Assembly (NCBI GenBank): GCA_965603355.1
Contig: CBFDCQ010000002.1
Span: forward strand, 56,971-120,970
Direction of reading: 5' to 3'
DNA length: 64,000 nucleotides
Source of the DNA: an uncultured bacterium
GTDB taxonomy: Bacteria; Hydrogenedentota; CAZGCA01; CBFDCQ01
Shown: piece after piece, positions 29,666 through 38,537 of the stretch
How the letters are laid out: every line of letters starts with the position of its first letter
Position numbering within the stretch: position 1 is the stretch's first letter
Program-made: the position numbers and the translations under genes
Notes under the pieces: generated by a model
Database searches by the model: none
Told to the model about the DNA's origin: nothing
The model's input: only the letters and a program-made list of their open reading frames with translations

Positions 29666-30199
29666 ATGAACAAGCGATTCTGTACGTTCCTGAGCTTTAT
29701 TCTTCTTTGGGGAGGCGTGATTTCCGCTCCTGTGGACGCTCAAGCGACCGGCTCGTCCCTCACGAGGCATAGGTACACGGCGCGTCGGCTTTCTCCAAAA
29801 CGCTACAGTGGCACGGGCTATTCTCCAGTGAAATTCACCCCGCGACGTTACACGTGGCAGAGGAATCTCGGCAAGCAGCATGCCTACAGATCCACCCTGA
29901 AACCTGCCCGACGCACACGCAGCAGGTTGCGTGTACCAGCGAGGGGCCCGAACACGCGTCGTCGAGCGGCGATGCGTCGAAGGCAGGTTCGTCGGCGGCA
30001 ATCGCGCGCGGCACGAGTACGAACTGTGCGGGGCGGATTCCGCACGGGCCATCGTTCGGCTCCTCTCGCAGCACCAACAGTCGGACAAAGTGCGAAATCA
30101 CCGATTTCGCCGCCCTCCCGACTATCTACGGGGCACGTCGAACGCCCTAAGTCAGCTCTGAAAATGAGTGATTCGAGCCAGTCCGGTTATCGCCCATGA
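29666..30199 (+). CDS. Hypothetical Arg-rich exported protein
   Basis: GAGG RBS before ATG at 29666; MNKRFCTFLSFILLWGGVISAPVDA signal peptide; very basic low-complexity body. Confidence 0.55.
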   Translation: MNKRFCTFLSFILLWGGVISAPVDAQATGSSLTRHRYTARRLSPKRYSGTGYSPVKFTPRRYTWQRNLGKQHAYRSTLKPARRTRSRLRVPARGPNTRRRAAMRRRQVRRRQSRAARVRTVRGGFRTGHRSAPLAAPTVGQSAKSPISPPSRLSTGHVERPKSALKMSDSSQSGYRP

Positions 30200-30355
30200 G
30201 TCATACGTTCGCTAACGCACGTGCCGCATGAAAGACCACAACGCGCTGTCCTGACGACACGTCTGTCCGCATCCGTCTCCCCAACTGTGCGCATTCGTCG
30301 CATCCCAATCGACGCAAAACGGCCAATTTCCCGCAAATATCCGGCGAAAAAGCTC

Positions 30356-30385
30356 TTGACAGAACACGCTGTAGTATGATTTAAT
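30356..30385 (+). promoter_or_regulatory. Putative sigma70 promoter
   Basis: TTGACA-N18-TTTAAT with extended TGn, upstream of the prepilin-type gene. Confidence 0.45.
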
Positions 30386-30613
30386 ATATGGTGTCGGGGA
30401 TACTTTGTGGATGCGGACCCTTCAGGAGTGTAATATGATTTGATGGAGTGTACGCCTCCCGGATAGATTATGCCCGACAGTTGTCGAATAGATCATGCGA
30501 ACTCTTGGAGGAAGGGAGGTGATACAAACCCAGGTGGTGCTGGACCGAGTGGTGTTTCGGATTGCGACAGAGCAGAGGGGTGGAGTGTACCGCCCGCAGG
30601 GGGAGGAGTTCAA

Positions 30614-31636
30614 ATGAAAGGAAAACGAAAAGGATTCACACTGATAGAGCTGCTGGTGGTCATAGCGATCATCGGCATACTGGCCGCGATACTGTTGCCG
30701 GCTCTGGCACGCGCGCGCGAGGCGGCGCGTCGAGCTAGCTGCGCCAACAATCTCAAGCAGATCGGGTTGAGCTTGAAGATGTACGCCAACGAGTGGGACG
30801 GGAGTTTTCCGCCAAATGACTGGGGGGACGCGCACGCCGTCGACGGAACCCCCGTGTGGCTGGCAAGCAACTTCATGATGGACGGCGAGGCCATGTACCC
30901 GGAGTACATTACGGACCTGAAGCCGTTCATCTGCCCGTCCGATGCCAGCTCTCACCCGGACGCGTTCAAGATCACATACAACCCACTCAACCCGGAACGT
31001 ATCGGCAGTTACGATCCCGAGTGTCTCGTCACTCAGAGCTACGTGTACCTGGGCTGGGCGCTGACAGAGGACTGGGGCGTCATATGCGGACTCTCGTACT
31101 ATAGGATGGAGTCAGCTGGAGGCCCGGCTGCGATCGCCGCACTGGTCGATAGAGATATTACCAGGGACGACATGGGTGATGCCTCAGTCGCGGAACCAGC
31201 GGCGAGCTACCTGGCCGGAGCAGGCGGCGCGGACTGCTGGGACCTCGTACCGCACGATGCGTATAGACTCCGTGAGGGTATCGAGCGGTTCTTCATCACG
31301 GACATCAACAGGCCCGCAGGGTCGGCTATGGCACAGAGCAATATCGCTGTCATGTTCGACCAGATGTCCAATTCGGTCGACGAGTTCAACCACATCCCGG
31401 GCGGGTCCAACGTGCTGTATATGGACGGACACGTTCAGTTCCTGAGATACCCGGCCGGTGCGTCGAGCATGGCACCGGGCCAGGGCGAGTTCCCCGTGAC
31501 GGTGGCCTTCGCTGGCATCATCGGGCCGACCGAGGTGATGGATACGAGCGACAGTGGGTTCCCCACCACGGTAGAGGGTGATGGTGTAATTCTGGGCCCC
31601 GGTGCCACTGCCAAGTGTGGCAACACGCTGCCCTAG
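30614..31636 (+). CDS. Prepilin-type N-terminal methylation protein, DUF1559 / H-X9-DG family
   Basis: [44 protein letters not shown]; [16 protein letters not shown]; GGAGG RBS before ATG at 30614. Confidence 0.92.
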   Translation: MKGKRKGFTLIELLVVIAIIGILAAILLPALARAREAARRASCANNLKQIGLSLKMYANEWDGSFPPNDWGDAHAVDGTPVWLASNFMMDGEAMYPEYITDLKPFICPSDASSHPDAFKITYNPLNPERIGSYDPECLVTQSYVYLGWALTEDWGVICGLSYYRMESAGGPAAIAALVDRDITRDDMGDASVAEPAASYLAGAGGADCWDLVPHDAYRLREGIERFFITDINRPAGSAMAQSNIAVMFDQMSNSVDEFNHIPGGSNVLYMDGHVQFLRYPAGASSMAPGQGEFPVTVAFAGIIGPTEVMDTSDSGFPTTVEGDGVILGPGATAKCGNTLP

Positions 31637-31668
31637 GTGGGCGCAAGGTCTAGTTGAGAAGGTTCAGT

Positions 31669-31709
31669 CAGGCGCGCGGTTTTTTTGGAACCGCGCGCCT
31701 GTTCTCTTT
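31669..31709 (+). terminator. Intrinsic terminator hairpin
   Basis: 13-bp stem CAGGCGCGCGGTT / AACCGCGCGCCTG followed by TTCTCTTT. Confidence 0.75.
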
Positions 31710-31798
31710 CCGCTCTTCCCTGTCGGAACTGGTTCGCGTCCCAGTTGCCCCGGGTGCTGTTGCCCGACACGGCCTGGCGCGGCAAGCGCCAGAAGAGA

Positions 31799-31828
31799 TT
31801 GACATAGTCTCTCCTTGTGAGTTACGAT
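31799..31828 (+). promoter_or_regulatory. Putative sigma70 promoter of pgk2-cpgS
   Basis: TTGACA-N18-TACGAT. Confidence 0.5.
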
Positions 31829-31889
31829 AGCTGCCGGGAAAGGGAGGAGGACGCTTGCTTTTCCCAACACCAGCGCGGGAATCGATAGG

Positions 31890-33071
31890 ATGATGACAGC
31901 CCACAGGACCCCGATAGTTGTGGACCGAGATTATCGCTTTCCTTACTCTCGCGGAATAATGACCCAATCCCTCCTTTCAGTCGGCCTGGGTGTGACTGAA
32001 TCTTATGATGCCGCAAACGAGATACTGAGGCAGCTCGAGGCCAGCGGCGCCGAAGAAATCAATAAGAAGCAGCTGAAGAAGCTCGCGTCGGAGGTCCTTT
32101 CGCGCGGTTTCGGCAGGCAGTACGCCAAACGATATGCGCAGCGTCGCAGCGCCACACCGCAGATACTTGTGATGGAGAAAGATACTGGTCTGCCGTTCTC
32201 AAAGGGGCTGCTCTCCCAGTCACTTCAGGCTTCCGGCATGGATCCGAGCGCGTCTCATGACCTCGCGCAGGAGATTGAAGGCGAACTTTTGCGGTCCGGT
32301 CGGAACAGGCTCACACGCGAGCAGTTGAGAGGAGTAACCGTAGAAGCCCTTAGAACAAAATATGATGAAGCATTCGCCGAACGCTATCTTCTTTGGCGCG
32401 AGCTGAAGGCCCCGCCAAAACCTCTGTTCATCCTTATAGGTGGTGGGACAGGTACCGGCAAATCCACAATCGCCACCCAGCTCGGGTACAGACTTGGCAT
32501 CACCCACGTCCTGTCCACCGATACGATTCGCCAGATGATGCGCACAATGTTCTCTAGCCAGCTGATGCCCTCCCTGCACAGTTCCTCGTATGACGCATGG
32601 AAACGATTTGACACGCCGCTGCCGGAAGGCACCGACCCGGTTCTAGCTGCCTTTCGGGAGCAGCTGCTGCGTGTTTCTGTGGGAATACAGGCTATGCTGG
32701 ACCGTGCGCTCGAGGAACATGTCAGCATGATCGTTGATGGCGTGCACCTCGTGCCCGGATTTATAAGAAAGGGGTACTTTCGCGCGGCCCACACTGCCCT
32801 TCTCATTGTCACTACCGAGGACGAAGCCGCTCACCGCAACAGGTTCTATACGAGGAACGATGAGGCTCGGGACAGGCGCGCCCAGAAGTATGTCGACAAC
32901 TTCGAGAGCATCCGCAAGATCCAGGACTTTGTTGTGGGGAGCGCACGCCGGCAGAACGTGCCGATATTTGACAACGTGCACCTGGACAACACCGTTCTGT
33001 CAATTATCCACTTCCTCACCGACTTCATCAAGGCAGCGAAAAGGCCGCAGAAGGACCGGGAGCAAGCGTGA
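31890..33071 (+). CDS. pgk2: 2-phosphoglycerate kinase with two ATP-cone domains
   Basis: FPYSRGIMTQSL and LPFSKGLLSQSL cones; GGGTGTGKST P-loop; STDTIR, LHSSSY and VDGVHLVPG motifs. Confidence 0.88.
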   Translation: MMTAHRTPIVVDRDYRFPYSRGIMTQSLLSVGLGVTESYDAANEILRQLEASGAEEINKKQLKKLASEVLSRGFGRQYAKRYAQRRSATPQILVMEKDTGLPFSKGLLSQSLQASGMDPSASHDLAQEIEGELLRSGRNRLTREQLRGVTVEALRTKYDEAFAERYLLWRELKAPPKPLFILIGGGTGTGKSTIATQLGYRLGITHVLSTDTIRQMMRTMFSSQLMPSLHSSSYDAWKRFDTPLPEGTDPVLAAFREQLLRVSVGIQAMLDRALEEHVSMIVDGVHLVPGFIRKGYFRAAHTALLIVTTEDEAAHRNRFYTRNDEARDRRAQKYVDNFESIRKIQDFVVGSARRQNVPIFDNVHLDNTVLSIIHFLTDFIKAAKRPQKDREQA

Positions 33072-34450
33072 ATAAAAAACCCTTTAAGGCGATCTGCCTC
33101 ATTGACGGCGAACACTACCTGCCGGTGAACCAGGGCGGGATAGAGCACGTGAGGCGGGTCCGCGGTTATGATGTCGTCGCGGCGGTCTTCATAGGCGGCC
33201 ATGAGAAAATCGGTACCGCCGAGGACCTGAAGAAGCTGGGTGTGCCCGTTATCATCGATCCGGATCCTTTCAAAGGTATCGCACGCGCGCTGGATGAGTA
33301 CGAGCCCGACGTAGTCGTGGATCTGAGCGATGACCCTGTGGTCCGTCCCGAGCATCGATTCGAGTACGCTAACCTGATACTGGCCAGAAACGCTGTGTAT
33401 GAGGGCGCGGACTTCCGGTTCGAGCCGCCGGAATACCTGGATATCCCTGAAAAACCTTCCATCTCAGTGGTGGGCACGGCGAAACGGGTGGGCAAGACGG
33501 CTGTGGCAGCGTACATTGCAAGGCTCCTTGTCGAGAAAATGCCGGGGATCGAGCCGTTGATAGTAACGATGGGTCGCGGTGGCCCGCCTGAACCGGAGCT
33601 TATCCGTGGCGACGAGATCGCGCTCACCCCGGACATGCTCCTCCAATTCGCCCGCGAGGGAAAACATGCCGCAAGCGACCATTTCGAGGACGCTCTGATG
33701 AGTCGCGTGGCAACCATCGGCTGCAGGCGGTGCGGGGGGGGTTTTGCCGGGCAGGTATACTCCTCCGTCGTGCGCGAGGGCGCTCTGCTGGCCAACAGCA
33801 TGCCGCAGAACCTGCTCATTTTCGAGGGCAGCGGCGCGTCGGTCCCGCCGATACAGACCGACGCGTGGATCGTCACCGTGGGCGCCCATCAGGGTGTCGA
33901 GTATGTCGAGATGTACATGGGACCCTACCGCATCACGAAGTCCGAGCTCGCGATCATGACGATGTGTGAGGAACCTATGGCCGATGACGCCCTGGTGGAG
34001 GCTGTCGAGCACAGTCTGAATAGGCTTAATCCCGACATGAAGGTGGTGCGCACCGTATTTCGTCCGAAACCGCTCGGCTCCTTGGAAAAGAAGAAGGTCG
34101 TGTTCGCCACCACGGCACCGCCCTCCATTGGGGATAAGCTGAGGACGTATCTTGAACAGGAACATGGCTGTTCCGTGGTAGGGGTATCGCATAACCTCTC
34201 GAAAAGGCCTCTTCTTCGGGATGAACTCGGCGGATTCTTTGAGGAACAGAAGCCTGATACGTTATTGACCGAGTTGAAAGCAGCCGCCGTTGATGTGGCG
34301 ACGGCGATGGCGGTTGAACGCGGTATGGAGGTCGTGTACGCGGACAACGTGCCGGTTCAGGTGGGCGGCAATTTAGACCTTGAACCTGCCATACTCGAGG
34401 TGATAAGATCCGCTATAGAACGGTTCGAGGCCGGCGAGAAGACAGAGTGA
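33068..34450 (+). CDS. cpgS: Cyclic 2,3-diphosphoglycerate synthetase
   Basis: LIDGEHY.PV, DLSDDPV, GTAKRVGKTAV, MGRGGP, HAASDHFED, GCRRCGGG, EGSG and TELKAAAVDV motifs; overlaps pgk2. Confidence 0.9.
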   Translation: MNKKPFKAICLIDGEHYLPVNQGGIEHVRRVRGYDVVAAVFIGGHEKIGTAEDLKKLGVPVIIDPDPFKGIARALDEYEPDVVVDLSDDPVVRPEHRFEYANLILARNAVYEGADFRFEPPEYLDIPEKPSISVVGTAKRVGKTAVAAYIARLLVEKMPGIEPLIVTMGRGGPPEPELIRGDEIALTPDMLLQFAREGKHAASDHFEDALMSRVATIGCRRCGGGFAGQVYSSVVREGALLANSMPQNLLIFEGSGASVPPIQTDAWIVTVGAHQGVEYVEMYMGPYRITKSELAIMTMCEEPMADDALVEAVEHSLNRLNPDMKVVRTVFRPKPLGSLEKKKVVFATTAPPSIGDKLRTYLEQEHGCSVVGVSHNLSKRPLLRDELGGFFEEQKPDTLLTELKAAAVDVATAMAVERGMEVVYADNVPVQVGGNLDLEPAILEVIRSAIERFEAGEKTE

Positions 34451-34460
34451 CGAACGGGGA

Positions 34461-35036
34461 ATGTTCCACCGTTTGGGGGATGTACTGATGCATGACTGTA
34501 AAAAACGAGCCCTGACGCGTATGGCTTTGGCGGCGCTGTTCTGTGCGGTAAGCGCCTTGATTCCCAGAGCTTTGCTTGCCCAATTCATCCAGCGGATAGC
34601 AAGAGAGGAAAGGCTGCCTGCACGCCGCGAGGCGCAGGCGTTTCGTCAGGTAACGCGGTCACAGGATTCCGCGTTCAGGCAAGCCGCGCGCAGAGACGAG
34701 CAACTCGGCAGAAGATCGGCCTGGAACCGCGAAACTCATTTCAGGAGCGAGCGGCGCCGCGCCCACCGGGAGAAGATCAGCCGCACGCGCGCCCAGGAGC
34801 AGGTCATAAGGACCGACAGGGCCAATTTCAATGTCGCGCAAACCAAACAACGCCAGGCGGTTCACCAGAACACGGCTAAGCAGCGTCGTGAGCAAACCCT
34901 CCGCATAAGCAGAGAGATACGCGAGACTAACATCGCGCGACAGAGGGCCAACAGACAGCGCATAGAGGAAGTCAGAGACACGATACGCTCGGAGTTGCAG
35001 CAGATCCGACAGACTACCCGCCCCACATCGCGATGA
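34461..35036 (+). CDS. Hypothetical exported Arg/Gln-rich coiled-coil protein
   Basis: Signal-like MALAALFCAVSALIPRALLA followed by a charged helical body; start may be 34488. Confidence 0.55.
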   Translation: MFHRLGDVLMHDCKKRALTRMALAALFCAVSALIPRALLAQFIQRIAREERLPARREAQAFRQVTRSQDSAFRQAARRDEQLGRRSAWNRETHFRSERRRAHREKISRTRAQEQVIRTDRANFNVAQTKQRQAVHQNTAKQRREQTLRISREIRETNIARQRANRQRIEEVRDTIRSELQQIRQTTRPTSR

Positions 35037-35108
35037 TCGAACGGTGACAAGCCTGCGAGCGAAGACCGTCTCGCGCGTTGCCCACAGCCGCAGTTCCTTG
35101 CAGCTCTG

Positions 35109-35645
35109 TCATCCGCAGGCCGTGCGATCTCCTTCGCTGAGCAGCTGCGCTCTGCTCGACACTAGAGCACATATCTCCTTATCCGAAATCCAGACAGTGC
35201 TGCGTACTTCCGGCCAGGAATGTTCCAATATGCACCAGCGAGATCTCTTCCGAACGCTGTTTATGTGAGCATAGGGTATGAACCCTTTAACAAAGCCAAA
35301 AATCCTGAAACCCAGACCGGATGAGAATGGATACCACTTGAAGCCACCGTACATCAAAGAGATCCTGCCTTCACTAGAACGTCGCGAGCATAGCGGGGAC
35401 TCGTCCGGCCACGGAGTCCTCTTGAAAGCGCCGAATACACTGTATCTGAGAGGGAATCCTAGCAGATTCAAGCAGAGGAGTATCGCAGGAATGACCAACA
35501 GTTCCCGGTAAGTGAAGGATGGTTCCAGCCGGTCTGTGAACAGCTCGTATAACCCGTAGCCGTTCCAGAAGAGCAAGACGGCAAGGCAGTAGCATCGGAA
35601 GAAGAGGTAAGACCACCTCGGTTTTCTAAGGTTCTGAGGTTGCAT
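35109..35645 (-). CDS. Hypothetical membrane protein
   Basis: 178 aa with two N-terminal TM segments; same orientation as thrS. Confidence 0.55.
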   Translation of the reverse strand: MQPQNLRKPRWSYLFFRCYCLAVLLFWNGYGLYELFTDRLEPSFTYRELLVIPAILLCLNLLGFPLRYSVFGAFKRTPWPDESPLCSRRSSEGRISLMYGGFKWYPFSSGLGFRIFGFVKGFIPYAHINSVRKRSRWCILEHSWPEVRSTVWISDKEICALVSSRAQLLSEGDRTACG

Positions 35646-35668
35646 CAGCTATGCTGCTGCTATTAGCG

Positions 35669-36007
35669 TCACGTCCTGCGGATTATTCTGAGCACGAAGT
35701 CCCGGAGATCGCCGAAATTCCTGACGTCAAACCTGAACCTCAACACGAACAGGACAACGCCCAGTATAACGATGAATATGACCCACCTGAGGATGCGAAA
35801 AAGCGACCGCGGTCTCCGGACGTCCATGGGCAGATCCTTAGCCCGGTCCATGAACGCCTGCATCTGCGCGCGGCACACCTCGCTGCAATAAATGCCCCCC
35901 TCAGGAGGGACCACCTTGCACTGGTCGCAGAGCGGGATGTTGCACCGCTTACACCGGCAGGTTGCCTCTACGTATGGATGGTTGCGGCAATGAGATACTG
36001 TAGACAT
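35669..36007 (-). CDS. B-box-like zinc-finger membrane protein
   Basis: CRNHP...CRCKRC..PLCDQC...YCSEVC plus a C-terminal TM segment. Confidence 0.75.
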   Translation of the reverse strand: MSTVSHCRNHPYVEATCRCKRCNIPLCDQCKVVPPEGGIYCSEVCRAQMQAFMDRAKDLPMDVRRPRSLFRILRWVIFIVILGVVLFVLRFRFDVRNFGDLRDFVLRIIRRT

Positions 36008-36034
36008 GGGATCAACTAGGCCTCATTTTTGACA

Positions 36035-37954
36035 TCATTCGATTGTCTTCGACGCTACTTCCTCGGATATTAGCGCGAGGAACTCATCCAGTTTCATTTG
36101 TCCCAGATCGCCTTTACGGCGATGCCTGACCGCCACGGCGCCTGATTCGACCTCTTTTCGCCCGACCACAAGCATGTAAGGCACCTGCTGCACCTGAGCC
36201 TCACGTATCTTGTACCCGATCTTGTCGTCGCGCGCATCGGTTTCCACCCGAAAACCGGCAGCCTTAAGCTCCGACTCGACGCTGGAGGCGTACTCGAGCT
36301 GCGCCTCGGATATCGGCAGTACAGCCACCTGCACCGGTGCGAGCCACGTCGGGAACGCACCACCGTAATGTTCTACCAGGCCGCCGATAAACCGTTCCAT
36401 AGAACCCAGCACGGTGCGGTGCACAATCACGGTCTCATGCTCGTGCCCGTCCTTCCCGACGTACGCTACGTCAAACCGTTTCGGCAGGTTGAGGTCAACC
36501 TGTATGGTGGGTCCCTGCCATCCGCGGCCGAGCGCATCGACAAGTTTCAGGTCGATCTTCGGCGCGTAAAACACGCCGCCGCCCTCTTCCACATCGTACT
36601 CGAGACTTCGACTTTCAAGAGCTGAACGCAACGCTTCCGTCGAACGTTCCCATTCTTCGTCCGTCCCCAGCGATTTTTCCGGGCGCGTCGCCAGCGACAA
36701 CTGGTACTCGTACCCGAACGCATCCATCATGTACCCGGCGAGGTCGAGCACGCCGGCCACCTCGTCCGCAAGCTGTTCCGGCGTGCAGAAAATGTGCGAA
36801 TCGTCCTGCGTAAATCCCCGCACCCGAAGCATGCCGTGCAATGTGCCCCTTCGTTCGAAGCGATACACGGTTCCAAGTTCGCACAGCCTGTAGGGCAGCT
36901 CGCGATAGGAACGTTTCTTGGTCTGGTAAATCTTGATATGCGCCGGACAGTTCATCGGTTTGAGCCGGTACCGCTGCCCTTCAATCTCGATCGGCGCGTA
37001 CATGCTCTCCGCGTAGTTCTCCAGGTGACCGCTCCGCTCGTAGACCCGCTCGTTGGCGATATGAGGGCTGTAGATGAGCTGATATCCGCGTTTGTAATGC
37101 TCGTCGATCCAGAACTGTTCGATGACCTGTCGAATCCGCGCCCCTTTCGGATGCCAGAGCACGAGACCGGCTCCGATTTCCGGGTCGAAGGAGTACAGGT
37201 CAAGAACTTTCCCGAGCCGGCGATGGTCGCGTTTCTCGGCAAGCTCCAACAGTTCCAGGTACTGTTCGAGACTCTCCCCTGTCGGGAAAGCCGTACCGTA
37301 TATCCGCTGGAGCATACGGTTCCGCTCATCGCCTCGCCAGTAGGCGCCCGCGACGCTCAACAGCTTGAACGCCTTGATCATGCCGGTGCTCGGCAAATGC
37401 GGACCGCGGCACAGGTCAACGAAATCGTCATGGCGGTATACCGATACGATCTCGTCCGGTATGTCATCCAGGAGTTCCAGCTTGTATTTCTCGCCCATAT
37501 CGTCGAACATCCGCCGTGCCTCATCCATCGGGACTTCTTCTCGTTTGAACGGCACGTCGGCGGCGATGATCTCCGATATTGCCCTCTCAAACTGCTCCAT
37601 ATCTTCCGGGGTAAACGGTTCATCAACGTCAAAATCGTAGTAGAAACCGCCCTCAATCGCCGGACCGATCGCCAGCGTCGCTTCCGGACGCAGCTTCTTC
37701 ACTGCGCTGGCGAGCACGTGCGACGCGCTGTGACGGAACACCTCCCTACCCTCATCCGTATCGAACGTCACCGCGCTTACCGAGGCATCTTTCTCTACCT
37801 TCGCCGACAGGTCGACGACTTCGCCGTCAATCCTGGCCGCAACAATCGCTCCCTCAGCGTCGTCGCCGGCCTCGCGAAGCACCTCGCCCGCAGTTACGCC
37901 CGCGGGACATCTTCTTGTCGAACCGTCTGGCAATGTGACTGTAATCTGTGCCAT
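36035..37954 (-). CDS. thrS: Threonine--tRNA ligase
   Basis: TGS domain, RHSASH, DLCRGPH, RDHRRLG, KPMNCP and RVRGFTQDD motifs; anticodon-binding domain. Confidence 0.98.
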   Translation of the reverse strand: MAQITVTLPDGSTRRCPAGVTAGEVLREAGDDAEGAIVAARIDGEVVDLSAKVEKDASVSAVTFDTDEGREVFRHSASHVLASAVKKLRPEATLAIGPAIEGGFYYDFDVDEPFTPEDMEQFERAISEIIAADVPFKREEVPMDEARRMFDDMGEKYKLELLDDIPDEIVSVYRHDDFVDLCRGPHLPSTGMIKAFKLLSVAGAYWRGDERNRMLQRIYGTAFPTGESLEQYLELLELAEKRDHRRLGKVLDLYSFDPEIGAGLVLWHPKGARIRQVIEQFWIDEHYKRGYQLIYSPHIANERVYERSGHLENYAESMYAPIEIEGQRYRLKPMNCPAHIKIYQTKKRSYRELPYRLCELGTVYRFERRGTLHGMLRVRGFTQDDSHIFCTPEQLADEVAGVLDLAGYMMDAFGYEYQLSLATRPEKSLGTDEEWERSTEALRSALESRSLEYDVEEGGGVFYAPKIDLKLVDALGRGWQGPTIQVDLNLPKRFDVAYVGKDGHEHETVIVHRTVLGSMERFIGGLVEHYGGAFPTWLAPVQVAVLPISEAQLEYASSVESELKAAGFRVETDARDDKIGYKIREAQVQQVPYMLVVGRKEVESGAVAVRHRRKGDLGQMKLDEFLALISEEVASKTIE

Positions 37955-38052
37955 TTCCCTATCTTAAGCTCTCTTTTTGCCGGACATCCCCGATACAACC
38001 CGTCTTGAATGAACCACTTGCGCAGACACACGCATCCTTCTTCCGCGCGGTA

Positions 38053-38081
38053 AGTCTACCACGGCGCGGTTCGTGAGTCAA
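38053..38081 (-). promoter_or_regulatory. Putative sigma70 promoter of thrS
   Basis: Minus strand TTGACT-N17-TAGACT with extended TG. Confidence 0.6.
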
Positions 38082-38200
38082 GCAGCGCGCGCGCCAAGCT
38101 CACGTATCCCCAGTTCTGCAATACCCCCGAACAGCAGCGCGATCGGGCCGTTCTGGCGCCTCATTGTTGCTGCGTTGGGCAATCCTCGTCTTCTGTAATG

Positions 38201-38308
38201 GTGGGGCAGACATTCCTGTCTGCCACGTAGGGGCGGGTCTCAGACCCGCCCGTAGCTCACAAGAGATCCGTTTCTCTCAATGCAGACGCCCCACCGGGGC
38301 GTCTCTAC
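38201..38308. repeat. Cluster of REP-like palindromes
   Basis: GTGG+GGCAGACATTCCTGTCTGCC; GTAG+GGGCGGGTCTCAGACCCGCCC; minus-strand GTAG+AGACGCCCCGGTGGGGCGTCT. Confidence 0.75.
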
Positions 38309-38537
38309 GACCGACGGAACCTCCGGAGAAGTGGACGCTGTGACCTTGAGAAGTGATGTTGTTCGGAGACTGGGGATAAGCGACCGCGCCAAGAGGTTAT
38401 GGTAGACTGACTCCTCTTAGGTGGGTCGGGCGGCGCGCCTGCCTTAAAAGGCAGTCGAACGACCGGGAGGAGACCTGTGCAGGGTTCTGAAGTGCGGAAG
38501 ACAAGACCGGCTCTTCGCGGCAGCGACCGTGCCTCAG

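Noticed and set aside
29372-30613. Extended upstream starts given by the ORF track (29372 and 30470)
   Set aside because: RBS position and signal or prepilin motifs favour starts at 29666 and 30614
36794-38008. 404-aa plus-strand ORF and many other long overlapping ORFs in the track
   Set aside because: They are antisense or off-frame shadows of well-supported genes (here thrS), expected in GC-rich DNA, with no recognisable motifs
37955-38050. T-box riboswitch upstream of thrS
   Set aside because: The leader is only about 90 nt from the predicted promoter, with no T-box consensus or terminator
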